Shown: in pieces, positions 23,670 through 35,790 of the stretch | Numbering within the stretch: position 1 is the stretch's first letter | Layout: each line of letters starts with the position of its first letter | NCBI GenBank assembly: GCA_032718475.1 | Contig: JAUCBJ010007260.1 | Location: 1-42,617, forward strand | From: Nemertoderma westbladi | Taxonomy: Eukaryota; Animalia; Xenacoelomorpha | Direction of reading: 5' to 3' | DNA: 42,617 nt | Translations under genes and position numbers: made by a program | The notes under the pieces: model-generated | What the model saw: the letters and a program-made list of their open reading frames with translations, nothing else | The model's database searches: none | Told to the model about the DNA's origin: nothing

Positions 23670-26182
23670 CCAACCCCACAGCCTGAATTCCCACTGCCAC
23701 TCGACTTTGGTCTCTTCTCAATTAACCTATGTCCCAAGTTTCGTCCTGCAGTAGCGGTGGCGAAAATGTATATTCCTACTTGTCTTAAACCTTTCCTGAA
23801 GCGTCTAACTACCGGTTCAAAAACCTGGGAGAATCTACCATCCATGCCGAAGAACACCGTATCACGTGGCTCGCCCCTGGCAGTTGGGGGGTATACTCCG
23901 TCCCTTAATCTCAGTATAGGTCCCACTTCCTTGCCTCCTCTAAAAACCTACCGTCATAACCTGATATCCAGCAGTGTGTAAGGTTATCCCTTGCTTGGGC
24001 ATACTCCGCACTTGAGGATGATATTCTCGCAAACCGTACACACTGTCCCTTAATGACCCCTTGTAGGACTCTAGGTTCTGGTGGCTAGTGGACGGGATGG
24101 GGAGTTTTTTGGACAAAGGTTTGAAAAATACAGTACGCATGATTTTCCCTTGTGAACTTGTTTTCAGTTCTAAATTTCTAAATCTAGTTTTCTAAAAGTC
24201 CAAGGTGAACTTTATCCCAGGCTTGACAAACAACTCCTCGCATGCCTCATTGTACTTCACAACTATATCATTCTTTTGGTCTTCACTCAAAACATGGGGA
24301 AAAATACCCTGTCTATCATCCACAAAATTTCTAAAAAATGTGGCTCCAAATCTGGTCACTAACCCCACATGCTTATGTATCCTATCTACAACCAACACCG
24401 CAATTGCCTTCCCCGCTGGACCCCCATACCTATCTATGCCCTTGATAAATCGATAGAAATCATTATTGTACGAGAAATATGTATGTGTTAGCACAAATTT
24501 AAGTAAAATAATGATCTGTTCAAACGAATAACCCGACTCATTCAGAAAGGTTTCATTCTCCCAGATCACAGTTGATACAGCCTTATAGCAACATCGTGCT
24601 CTATCGAGGGGTACATGTCCACTACATCTAATGCAAGAAACGTTATGGCTTTCATGTTCTCCTCAGGTAATAATTCACTCACTGTTTTCGAGTCTTTCAC
24701 GTAGTATGGCATGAGGTTGAGTAGAGGTTCCAGTAGGGTGTTCAGCAACTTGCTTGGGCGTTCTAAGAGGGTTCCTGTAGTCGAAATAATTGGCCTGGCC
24801 TTAGGGAATTTCTTCCCACCCGGCCAGTCTATCCACTCAGTGATGTCCTTATGGTCCTTCAATATGGGGAAGACGTATCCCATTGAAGGTAGTTTCGGGA
24901 GAAGGTAGGCAGTTAAAACTTCGTCCTCCAAACTCATCTCCTTAACTGTTCGTATTAATTCAGCGCGAAATCGCATTGTAGGGTTGATTGCCAATCTCTC
25001 ATACATGTCCCAGTTATTTACGTTTCAATTCACTTCATCCTTTACCATTGTCTGGTCCGCAACTATCACATTCCCCGTTTTGTCGCCTTTCACGATATAT
25101 ACGGAGTTGTCACGTTTCAGTCGTTTTAAGAGTTTCGTCTGGTCATCGGGTAGACCCTCCTCCGGATTGGGTTCCTTTCCAAACCCCTTTCTTCTCTGAG
25201 TTATCTAGTGCCCTATGGAGTTCTTTAACTACAGTTTCCACAACCGGTTCTTTGGATCTTGGGGTGATGTACCTAAACTTTCTTGGCATTCGCAACCGTT
25301 TATAGTTTAATGTCTGACGTGGTACTACTGGAGAGGGGGAGCTTTCCCGAATTCGCTCTGTGCCCAGGAGGCTCCTCGTCTCCGGAAGCCTATGAGGGAT
25401 GCTCCTTGTCGTAACATTGGCTACCGAAACCCTCGATGGGGTTCCTGTTGCAGGGTGGGGTGGGAAGGCAAACTCGTTCGGCCCGACATCCTCTACATGT
25501 GGTGAGGCGAGGGGTACTCCCTGGGGTTCCAACTCTAGTTGGTGGTCTCCTAAAGTGACTTCAAATAATCTGCAGACTACCAGGGTCGTTCCCCATGCTG
25601 TGGTACCGGTACTGATGTTCAAATCAGACATCGCTCCAGTGGCGTCATCTACCGTCCAGAGGGCTTCAATCGCTCCCTCTGGGCTTACCCTCCTAGAGTT
25701 CTCTGGGGTTGTTACAAAAGAAACATTAGTATTGGGAACTGGAACTTCCGCAATGCTATCCAGTTCGGCTTCTACAGTGGTCTCCAACCTCTCCTTCCTA
25801 TGTATAATGTTTCTTAACCTGGTTGCGAACTTAGATACCGAGGTATAGGCATCCAAGATGTCCTGTTCGTCAATGCGGGCTTGCGGGGCAAAAGTAAAAC
25901 CCAAACTCAATACTCTGTGTTGTTCCTCGGAAATGTTAATTAAGGATAAATTTACCACAGTATCCTCCTCCTTACAAGTCACCTTCGTAGCTTCCCTATC
26001 CAACAGGGGCCTGTATGCGATGCATTCAGCTAATAACCAATTCGGTCAGTTGTCCTTCTGCTTTGCTGCTGTTTTCCTCTTTAGATTGTTTAACTTATTG
26101 TTCAGGGACTTATCCTTAATCTCCTTCTCCTCGATCCCTATGCGGTTCAACCAATAAGTTACAAACTTCAAAAGGCAGCCCC
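23670..26182 (-). pseudogene. PLE ORF: N-terminal region, RT, thumb and linker; several frameshifts/stops; GIY-YIG domain missing
   Basis: VVNLS, VLSLGFTFAP, IVKGDKTGN, LKDHK, RPIIS, LALDVVDMYPSI, FRNFVDD, IKFTL, VFFKP and RNLGHRL. The ORF ends at NSGCG, the start of the Cys linker. Confidence 0.88.
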
Positions 26183-27364
26183 TGTTCGCGCTTTCAGACC
26201 TTTGGCAGTTTAACCCGCCAAATTAGGATGTCTTCTAGATAATAAATCACCTTTAGTCTATGACAAGTATTTAATTCACTACACTAGTCGAAACCAATCT
26301 GTGCGCGATCATTCACCCGCTGGATATACCCGGGAGATTGGGTTCGACGGCTTAATTTTATTGCTATGTAAGCCTAATGTATTATTCGACTGACAGTATT
26401 ATATAATCTCTGACAATATTATTCACCTTCGGGAAATATTAACAGTTCCTTTAGGACGTGGCGCTCTATTTATACAAACAGAGTTATGACTTAAACTACT
26501 CACAACGATATGGCTTAGTTATAATTCCCATATATGGCGCATTCTTTAGGAAATGCTTCGTTATCAGTCTCACTCATACACAATGCTGCACAATACTGCA
26601 CACTGATCTGCCAATCTTCACTGATTTTAGTCACATATAAAAGGAACACGGACCGAATCATGTAGGGTCTATCAAATAACATTAGATTCACTTCAAACCA
26701 CTCAACATAGGTCGCAATCATTTATCTGTAACCTTTCTCTCTTACCTTCGGTATATCAAGAATATTGGGTTTTCGGGGTTATTTGTCGTTATTCCAAATA
26801 TAATAATTCATCAACCATATTATGAAGAACTGACAGTAAATAGCAGTATAACAATATAAAAGTATGCACAGTGTTACACAGTATGCAGTGTATGCAGTAC
26901 TGCAGTATGCAGTATGCAGATAACGGATATATGTCCTTATAATTAAGCCTACTAGTGTAGGACTAAAAACTGAAAACACGGAGGTGCCAAAAGCCGGTTC
27001 TTAGGCTCTGGGCAAAACATAACACTGAACTACTGAGTTTCTGTATACACCTCCAACACAGAGACAACAAACGCTCTGATTGGTCAACCTGAACAACGAG
27101 AGAACAAAGAAACGTCGACGTGGCAATATCAGCTGCTAGCCGTCGTCATGGTAGCGACACTGTTTTCAAGAGTATCGAGCTTTTACGTCACGGAATTACG
27201 GATTATGTCCTCTAAAGTAAAAATACAGAAGAAATAGCTTTTATGTCCGCTAAAACACCAGTACAGCAAGGACACGGCCTTTTTATGCCTGGTAAACCAA
27301 CTACAGAGTATTTTACGGGAAAAATAAGGAAAAATAACCGGACAATTCAGCAAAAGCTTTTACA
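26183..27364 (-). repeat. 3' LTR (1182 bp)
   Basis: TGTTCGCG...TTTTACA. I found three transitions relative to the other LTR by eye (26426/37899, 26579/38052, 26780/38253). Confidence 0.97.
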
Positions 27365-27373
27365 CCGCTCCCA
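27365..27373 (-). other. Short polypurine tract
   Basis: Minus strand TGGGAGCGG immediately precedes the TG of the 3' LTR, consistent with the gag orientation. Confidence 0.6.
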
Positions 27374-29589
27374 GAAAATGGGATTTTCAGTCTATAAAAT
27401 ATAAAAATCACAGTTTCTAAAACATAAAGATACTCTAAACAGTTAGTTTCTTTGCGCGGACGGCGTTTACGCAGTTTCTTGAGGCTAGCAAGAGTCCTTT
27501 TCTCTTTGGGGGAGCCACTTTACTAGGAGGGCTATAAATCCTGGGTGAAGGGTGCAATATGATTGCATCAGAAGGTGTAGGATTATGGTCGGGGTATCCG
27601 CCGTTTCGATATGCTTCTCCTCGAGCTGATTTTCCTCCGCTCGTAGCTGGATACGTTCATCCAAAAACTCTCGCAGAGAATGGGGTTGTCTAAGTGCGAT
27701 ATCTTCTTAGAGATTCTGGATTTCACAATCGAACTGAGATAAAGACAATTCGTTTATCGCTTGGACTTGCTGTTATAACTTACGTTTATCTGAACAAACG
27801 TAGGTTTCCTTTCTGATCTTTGTAGAATAGCGTTTAACTCGTTTGGTACAACGTTCTCCGCCACTCTGGTGACAGGTTATATCGTGTCAAGCCGGGACGA
27901 TGGTAAGGGTTAAACGGCGATATTAAATGTCCGCGTCACAATCCGGCTAGGTAAGATGGGCGGCTAGCTAGAAATCACTGTCGGAGTGTTACCGATTAAT
28001 TGTTAGGGTAGCACTAGATCTTTGAACAGTGAATACAGTCCGCGAGGATCCGCGACACCACCAGGATCGCAGGTCTGAGGTCCAACTAAGGAATGAGGAG
28101 GTTTGACCGAGTATTCCGGGACTCTGATCGTAGGTTTACTCCAGGATCGTTCGAGCCGAGTGAGCATAGGTGATACGTCAAACAAGTTTCGCTCGAAACT
28201 CCAGTAAATATAACGAGCACAACTGTGTTTAACACAACGTTTCCGTGGATGTTTATGTCTTTCCGTTTATTAGTTGGGTCTAGGGCATTTATCATAATAA
28301 TACCAAAGACGCACGTCTGGTAGGGGAAACGCGGGTGATATTTATTTGTTGTTACAATGCTTCTATCAAGAATTCCAAATATACGTTGGAGTTACCGCGT
28401 TTATTTGTTTCTTTAGTGTCTTTTCTTTCGAGTCGATTTCGAATAGAATTTTCGCATTCGAATTTCAGTTTATGGTTCCGACTCCGCTGGGCAGGATATA
28501 TAGTCGACATAGTCCGTATTATGTAAATCGATAGGATGACCAGTAGTTAAGAAGCCCATATACGTACCATTACGCTGCGTATATCGAGCAGCGAATTTTC
28601 TATAGTCCAACTCACGCGTGAGCTGCTCTTGGGACATTGGCGGTTCGATATAACGACCATCGTCCTCCGCAGCAGTTGGACTAACGTCGCCGCGTATTAA
28701 GCTATCAACAAACGCTTGTAAAAGTAGAGTATATCGCTCCCCGATACCAAGACCATCTTCTATCAACTCCGTCATATCTGCTATATATGAGTTTATCCAT
28801 ATTATAATGAGTTTATATTTAGGCGAGCGGGCGTCGCTGCCTACCCCAATCAACCCCGGACAGTACGAGATCCTCAGCGCCGATGTGTCGTCGCCGCTGT
28901 ACTTTCGCCAACGACGTAGCCGCACAACGACAACGACAACCGGCACAAGTCACCCAACTGTCCGTCCCAAAGGCTTAGATGTACTTCAGGTTTTCCTTGG
29001 AGAGTTAGGTTACTTTTACAATTGCGACTAGCTACTGTAAACACACCTTAGCAGTAACATTCACCTATAAACTCACAAATACCACACAACTGGTCACAAC
29101 TACGCACATTCGGGCCATTTGTCCGTTAGTCAATGCCTTCCAGAATGTCACTGTATTATTATGTATCCTTGGATACTAGTAGTGCGCTATTTATTCCCTA
29201 TGCTATTCAATGGGACAAGCTTTCTATTGTTCGTTTAACTCAATTCTAATTCTAGCGTGGTTGTGGCTATGGTGACATTATGCAAAGCTAGCGGTAGAAT
29301 TAGGGTAATTCCAATGCATACAGATCTGGGATGTTATTTAATAGTATTCTTTAATAGTCAATGTTCGGTTTTATACATGACTTTATGAATTTTATCGGCT
29401 ATTGACTATGTTTGGGAGACTTTCGCACACTCCTAGGCATAATAAGATAAATCTCCGCTCCCTTGATCTCTTAATTAATGGAATTTTGGGAATGTTATAA
29501 ATTGCGTAAAAATGGCAATTTATTAAATTCATTAAAAGGCATGAATTTAAATTATTCCCTGAAATTTTATTATTTAATAATTAAATGGA

Positions 29590-29885
29590 CATATTTTGAT
29601 TCTAGAATATGTCTGGGGACACAAGATCCTTAATTCTATGACAATTGTCTTTTTAAGAATATCGGTAAATGCTACGATATCTTAATTGACTAGAATTGTT
29701 GAAGGATCTGAATTTTACAGATTTTGATTTATTAGATTTGCAAATATTAAATAATTAATATTTGAGATGGGCACCAATTTATTCCAGAACTTGTCTGGGG
29801 ACGTTAACCACTGATTCTAAAATTTGTCTTTCAAGTATATCGGTGGGTGCCGCGATATCTTAATCGACTAGAATTGCAGATGGTC
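29590..29885. repeat. Diverged ~180-bp duplication in the LTR element 3' non-coding region
   Basis: GTCTGGGGAC...TTGTCTTT...ATATCGGT...CGATATCTTAAT.GACTAGAATTG occurs twice, at ~29611 and ~29793. Confidence 0.7.
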
Positions 29886-30427
29886 AAAGGGTTTAACAGA
29901 TTTATTTTGCGTTATACGCTACTGTTAAAGGGACATCACGCCACTATATGTATTATTTAATATACGGTATGAGAGCAATATCGCACGAAGCAATGTCAGT
30001 GTGAAGAGGCAAGTCGTTTCCAAGGTCTACCCAGAGCTTGGTTTAGCCGAGACACGAGGATCTGAACTTTGCATTCCTAATACTCTGCCTACCAATAATA
30101 CTTAAATATAGTAGTGGCTTTATTGTACTTTAATAAGTACGGACATTTCATCTTACTGTAGTTACGTATTTGTAATGTAATACGGACAGTAAGGAAGAAG
30201 GAAAAGAATTATTTCTTGCCGTCGCACTAAATATATATTATAAGTAATTACGTACGCAATAAACATGAATATATTGCACTATTCTACTAAATAATCGCTA
30301 AAATAACATTCTACTGAATAAAATTAAAGAAAACGATTATAATAGAATTACATAGTAATACATACATAAATATAAAAATAATAAAATAATATAAAATAAT
30401 AGAGTCACACACCCACTCCATATGTTG

Positions 30428-31935
30428 TTACGTTATGGAGTCCCTAGATGTTTGAAGGATTAGGGAGGTGGTCGTGGGAAGAGAATCTTGCCTTCCACAG
30501 TTTCCGGAGAGTCCTCCATTCCCTTCCGATAAACACAAACGACCGACTGGGTGATTGAGTCGCTGCATCCTGAATACAATTCCAGGTTTCCTCTTCGTCC
30601 TGGAATAGTGACGATAGAAACATCGCTCAAAGTATATGACGGCGTCACAAAGCCGATTCCAGGAGCTATAGTGGTCCGTCGCTCTCTGCAGGAGAGGTGA
30701 GAGTCCCTGCGAGACGTCTGATGTTCCAGAGCTCCAATCGCTCTCTCTGATCTTCATGAAGGATCCACTCGCGGAGGGGAGGCCCAGATCCACGGCGTCG
30801 TCCCTGGCAACATGTAATACCGACAGATCTATCCCGGGTTCAAATAACTCCGATCCACCCGTCCGGGTTTCAGGTTCGACTTTCTCCGCTCCCTTGGCTG
30901 GTCTAATCTCAGTCGGAGTAAGATGGGGAGGCCATTCATTCTCCTTACTCAGGAAGTCGGGTTCACCTAACCGATCTATAGTATATGTTAGTTCTTGAGG
31001 AGTTGCTCCTCTGGAAGCGATGTCCGTTGGATTAAACTTCTTGGGGCAATATCTCCATTGATCTACATTGGAGCTAAGATTGTCATTATCTGAGGAGTGT
31101 GGTGTTCCCTCAGTTGGGTCGTCTCCCTCACTAGTATCATCTTCCCATTCACTCACCTGGCAGACGCGATCTTGAAGCAGTCTTTCCCTGAGCGTTCTAC
31201 GGGAAGGTCCAGTAAGGTACCAACCTACTATAGTTCTTACCGCATAGGTCTGAAGTGGTTGCGGTTGAGTAGGTCGTTTCTCTAATGTCTCCAGCGCCTC
31301 ATGCGCGTTTTGACCGATTAATATTTGTACTCCAGGATAATCGGTCTGGAATCGAGGTATGTTAAGATGTTGGATGCTCTCATCCTCGTCCCAATTATAA
31401 AGGTCTGCTTGAGTAGTAGCGAAGTTCTTTATAGCCACCATTTTCACTGACCTTATGCTATGTTCTCCTAGTTCGTCCTGGGGGGTGGACAACGCGCCTA
31501 CATAATAATCAGCTGTTACTGTAGATTTCCAAACTTGCATGATTCCTGACATGTTTAGCTTGGTTCGGAACTTGGGTTGTCCAGCAAAGATGACTTCGGC
31601 TAGTTCTTTATCGATGAATGTTCCTGTGCTACCGGAGTCCAGGAGGGCGTTTACTATATAGCTCTTCTGAGGTCCGTGGACCCGTAACTGGACTACAGGA
31701 AATTCTCGGATTCCTATATTGGAAGTTGGCGCTTTCCAAGATGGTTGTTGATCTGAAGTAGTTAGGGTGAGGTCGCTGTCTGTGTCTTTTTCATACACGA
31801 GTGCTCGATACACTGCGGTGGTGTTTATTAGGTAACAGGATTCGTTTTGGTCGGAGAACTCGTCCGTATAGAATCCTTCCATCTCAGATTGATCAGTGTC
31901 GTTCACATCACTGAATTGGACATGTAGTTCGGACT
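30428..31935 (-). pseudogene. pol: BEL/Pao pol remnant: aspartic protease plus RNase H C-terminal remnant; RT and integrase deleted
   Basis: NALLDSGSTGTFI, ILIGQN and AVRTIVGWYLTG (protease), followed shortly by QWRYCPKKFNPTDIASRG and YSSWNRL (BEL RNase H end). No YxDD or integrase motifs. Confidence 0.88.
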
Positions 31936-31938
31936 CAC

Positions 31939-34900
31939 TTACCCACTTACCTGACTCGGGCTGTTTCGTTCGAATTCCGTGTGCAACAAGATATGATGTT
32001 TTGCGCCGCACTGTGCACACCTTGCGTCGGAGTTACAGGTTCGCCGTTGGTGTCCTCGTCTGAGGCAATTATAACACAACCGCTTATCCCACATGACTTC
32101 ACGTCTATCCTTTAGTGATTTCCTCAGGAATTTATCACACGCATTTAAACGGTGGGGCCCGTCGCACAGCACACATTTGGGCTTGATGTTACTTACTTTA
32201 ACATGTGCTGTGTGGTGCACACTTGTTCTTTCCTCGGGCTTTCTCACCTGAATTCTTTTAGGAGATGTAGGAGGGGTTTTTTGTACCGGTTCCCTTCTGT
32301 CATTGGGTCGAGACTTGGATTTACTTACCTGATCTTTAGGCATTTTATTGACATAAGATCTGTCAGTGTCTTTCCCGCTGTCCTCTCCTTGAGAAGTTTG
32401 GCTTTCACCGTCGTCGGTATAACATACTGGTGTTACCCTTCTCCTAGAAACGGGTTTCTCACTTACCTTACTTTCCGCTGTCTTCTCTCTGGACTGCTTT
32501 ATGAGCTGTAATTTCACCTCGCTATCCAGGAATGACATGAGATCAGCCATGGTAGGGTCTCGTTGTTGTTGTTCCATCATATATAACACCTTCTTGTCCC
32601 AGCGTGTACCTACTCCACCCTTGGGCAAAGTAGATGCTAAGGCTCCTACAACCATAGAATTCTGGTATTCATGAGACTTACCTAACCAATCTAGTTGTCT
32701 ACAGATCTCCTGAATCTCATCGGAAAACTCTGTAATCCCGCTGCTAAGAAACTTTCGGGGCGCCATTAATTTCGCATATAAATACCTAGCTATGTTAGTC
32801 CTATTACCATACCTGATGTTTAGTGTATCCCAAACTTGTCTTAATCCATCTGGATGTCCAATAAATTTTAACGCCATTGACTTGGGAGGTCCTTCCAAAC
32901 ATTCGATGAGGAATCTAAGTTTCTCTCCGTTAGATAGTACAGAGTTCTGTATGTTATCTTTATAATATTCATTAAAAGGTAACCATTTCATCTCATCTCC
33001 ATTGAACTTGACGATCTCTCCCACCTTTACCGCTTGCCGGGCTTCGGTTCTAGCCATTTGACGCGTAAAACTTTCTTGAGCCATCGTATTATTGAATATA
33101 GAATTATCGGTATATAAATTTCTCGGATTATGATCAGGTCTATATGGAATATTATTATCAACAGGTTTATAATTACCCTGAATAGGGTTTACTATAGGAG
33201 TTTCTACTTCACTAGCAGTATAGATGCGTGTGAACCTGGCGTGTACACCTTGCGCATGAAATACTTCAGACCTAACGGGTTGACACATTGTTACAGGGGG
33301 TGGTGTTATACCCCTTTGTATGTTCACTAATTTATCGCATTCTAACGCGATACTTTGCTGCACCTTTTGCAACTCTAACCTACTTTCCCTTACTGTGCCC
33401 TTGAATTGCTGGACAGTCTCCTGCATCTGCCCGAGCAGGATATCCATCCCCCGCCGTCTCTCGTCCACCCATTCGACCGCCGAAGCGGGAGTCGCCAACG
33501 TTGTAGCGGGCGGACGAGGGACAACGGGCGACAAATTATGAATATTTCGCTTGGGGTCCAGGACCTGAACTGTCCCCTGGGCAGTTCTACGGGGCACAGG
33601 TAGCTTAGTGCTATGCAGAGGGAATTTAGAGGTAGTCTCAGGGAGCACAGGTGTGGCTATCACCGAAGGGGTGATTTCAAGAACAGGCCTAATTATTTCA
33701 GGCTCATCTACTATAGTAGGGAGTCTTTCTATTTTAATTATTTGGTCTGTGGGCTCTGTACTACCTAAGTTGGTGTTATTTAGTTGCCTTCTAACAGCTA
33801 GAGGCAAATCAGGCAATTTCTGACGGTGGAATGTTCTTTTACGTCTGCTTAGACGAGATCTATTTCCTTTGCCTTCAGTATCGGTGGTATCGCCTTCCTC
33901 AGATGATGTATATCCCTGTCTTTTGGGAGTAGATCGATTCATCATCTGCATATTGCTAGCCGTTAACTGTTTATTTATGCAGTCTTGATTCTCTTGAATG
34001 TTTTCCAATTCTAATTGGTTGGTTTCTTCGGCCGCTTTTGCCTCTGCCGCTGCCGCTTTTGCCTCTGCCGCTGCCTCTGCCGCTGCCGCTTTTCTTTCAG
34101 CTTCGGCCGCCTTTGCCTCTGCCGCTGCCGCTTTTGCCTCGGCCGCTGCCGCTGCCTCTGCCGCTGCCGCTTTTCTTTCAGCTTCGGCTACTTTCCTTTC
34201 CGCTTCGGCAGCTGCTACTGCTGCTTTCTTTCTGTCTTCTATACGTTTTTTCTTGACTTGTTCTTCTTGGACTCGTGTGATGCGGAGTTGTTCATCAAAT
34301 TTAGCCTGGTTCGCAGCCCTCATTTCCACATCGATGGCATCCAACACAAGCTTGGTTCCTTCACTATTAGGGCTAAGTCCCTCTAACCTTCTCCTCAACT
34401 CGTCATCACCTAAAAAACGTTGATAGTCTGACAGATAGATGTCAATGGCATCCCTCTTATGCGGTTTCTCTGCCGTCGCTTCACTTTCCACTTGGGAAAA
34501 AGTAGCGTCTGTTGATTCTCCATGGGTTGAGCGCTCCTCTAGCTGAGCTTTCCACTGAGCTGTTCCTTGAACCTGGAGACTCACCCTTTGAAACCAAGTC
34601 TTTACGGCAACTTGCAACGACGTGTCTTGCCTTCGTTTAGAAGCCTCCTCAAAGGCCGATAATATTAGCCTGATTCGTAGAACTCTTTCTCTAACTTGAT
34701 AAAGCAGCAATCCCTGCTCTTGAGGTCCTTGAGGTTGTTGAAACAGTTGTTCTTTTAATCGCTCTATAGAGCTGAAGAATCCCTGTGCGTAGCCGGCTGC
34801 GGACCTCTTCCACACAGCTGGATCGATGGTTTCCTTGGCTACTCCCATCCGGTGTATGTCTTCCCAGGCAGCTTCTGATAAATCAAACGGGAGTCCGGGT

Positions 34901-35403
34901 CCGGGGAAGTTCCATTGCGACTCTACCATGGACTTCAGTTCTTCCCTTGTGTATCCAGCATAACTATCTCTAGTTGAACGCTGGCTTCTCGCCCAATCGA
35001 TCTGGTGTTCTTCCACAGCGATCAATAACCTAGTGAGTACGGCTGCAGGAAGGATGAGAAGGGGATCTGAATAAGCCTCATCCATCATCCTTGCTCCGCG
35101 TTCGGGTGTCAGTTCTACCGTATCTTCACTACTGGAGCTGTCGGGCTGCTGAGAAATAAGTTCTTGGCTCACGGGTTGTTGCTGCTCCGCTGCTTCTTGG
35201 TCCCTCTTGACCTGGGCTCGAGTGCCTATGATAGACCTACGATGCTGGACCAGCCTAGGTTCTGTTATTACTACTGGAGGGATGACCTTCCTCACAGTGG
35301 GAGGTGAACTGAACTTACAACCAGACGGTTGTACGTCTCGATCTGAGTTGCAGATAGTTACATCTAATAAACTGTCTGACAGGTTCTGCTTAGTATCAGA
35401 CAT
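31939..35403 (-). CDS. gag: BEL/Pao Gag, 1154 aa, uninterrupted
   Basis: IVKFNGDEMKWLPF...EKLRFLIECLEG...WDTLNIRYGN (DUF1759-like) and three Zn knuckles CVLCDGPHRLNAC, CYNCLRRGHQRRTC and CAQCGAKHHILLH. Confidence 0.93.
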   Translation of the reverse strand: MSDTKQNLSDSLLDVTICNSDRDVQPSGCKFSSPPTVRKVIPPVVITEPRLVQHRRSIIGTRAQVKRDQEAAEQQQPVSQELISQQPDSSSSEDTVELTPERGARMMDEAYSDPLLILPAAVLTRLLIAVEEHQIDWARSQRSTRDSYAGYTREELKSMVESQWNFPGPGLPFDLSEAAWEDIHRMGVAKETIDPAVWKRSAAGYAQGFFSSIERLKEQLFQQPQGPQEQGLLLYQVRERVLRIRLILSAFEEASKRRQDTSLQVAVKTWFQRVSLQVQGTAQWKAQLEERSTHGESTDATFSQVESEATAEKPHKRDAIDIYLSDYQRFLGDDELRRRLEGLSPNSEGTKLVLDAIDVEMRAANQAKFDEQLRITRVQEEQVKKKRIEDRKKAAVAAAEAERKVAEAERKAAAAEAAAAAEAKAAAAEAKAAEAERKAAAAEAAAEAKAAAAEAKAAEETNQLELENIQENQDCINKQLTASNMQMMNRSTPKRQGYTSSEEGDTTDTEGKGNRSRLSRRKRTFHRQKLPDLPLAVRRQLNNTNLGSTEPTDQIIKIERLPTIVDEPEIIRPVLEITPSVIATPVLPETTSKFPLHSTKLPVPRRTAQGTVQVLDPKRNIHNLSPVVPRPPATTLATPASAVEWVDERRRGMDILLGQMQETVQQFKGTVRESRLELQKVQQSIALECDKLVNIQRGITPPPVTMCQPVRSEVFHAQGVHARFTRIYTASEVETPIVNPIQGNYKPVDNNIPYRPDHNPRNLYTDNSIFNNTMAQESFTRQMARTEARQAVKVGEIVKFNGDEMKWLPFNEYYKDNIQNSVLSNGEKLRFLIECLEGPPKSMALKFIGHPDGLRQVWDTLNIRYGNRTNIARYLYAKLMAPRKFLSSGITEFSDEIQEICRQLDWLGKSHEYQNSMVVGALASTLPKGGVGTRWDKKVLYMMEQQQRDPTMADLMSFLDSEVKLQLIKQSREKTAESKVSEKPVSRRRVTPVCYTDDGESQTSQGEDSGKDTDRSYVNKMPKDQVSKSKSRPNDRREPVQKTPPTSPKRIQVRKPEERTSVHHTAHVKVSNIKPKCVLCDGPHRLNACDKFLRKSLKDRREVMWDKRLCYNCLRRGHQRRTCNSDARCAQCGAKHHILLHTEFERNSPSQVSG

Positions 35404-35489
35404 GACTAGGTATACCGTTGAATGTCTACTGCTGTATTACAGTCTGAGCAAGTCTAGTAACTCAGTATTAACTGCTAGCCTAGTAATTA

Positions 35490-35790
35490 ATTACCGGTAC
35501 TGCTACTCAGTGTAGCGTGATATATAATATATTAGAACACCGGTATGCTTATGGTATATATAACTATATAAGTATTATTACAGACTAGGTTTATCACAGA
35601 ATACCGGTATAATTTTAGCACAAATATATATAAATATATAATAGGCCTATCGGGAATACCGGTATACAACTTACAGTTTGTAGTATATATAATTCTAGAC
35701 TAGAATTAATTACAAGTACCGGTATAATTTCAGCCTAAATTTATAGAAATAAAGATAATAGGCCTATCGTAAATACCGGTATATCAATTA
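35490..35790. repeat. Degenerate ~59/118-bp repeats carrying the TACCGGTA palindrome, in the LTR element 5' leader
   Basis: ACCGGTA recurs near 35493, 35539, 35603, 35658, 35718 and 35775. ATAGGCCTATCG occurs twice. Confidence 0.65.

Noticed and set aside
26046-26048. In-frame TGA in the PLE ORF as selenocysteine
   Set aside because: The ORF has several other stops and frameshifts, so ordinary decay (possibly CGA to TGA) is sufficient.
26458-26979. Short ORFs duplicated at 37931-38452
   Set aside because: They lie inside the LTRs, have no recognisable motifs, and are duplicated only because the LTR is.
31930-31953. Cluster of splice donors (GTAAGT, GTAAGT, GTGAGT) at the gag end, suggesting spliced gag-pol
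   Set aside because: Explained more simply by the 8-bp duplication. GTAAGT also occurs elsewhere in gag as Val-Ser codons (~32325, ~32463).
33998-34423. Plus-strand Ala-, Cys- and Pro/Leu-rich ORFs
   Set aside because: Antisense shadows of the Gag Ala-rich repeat.
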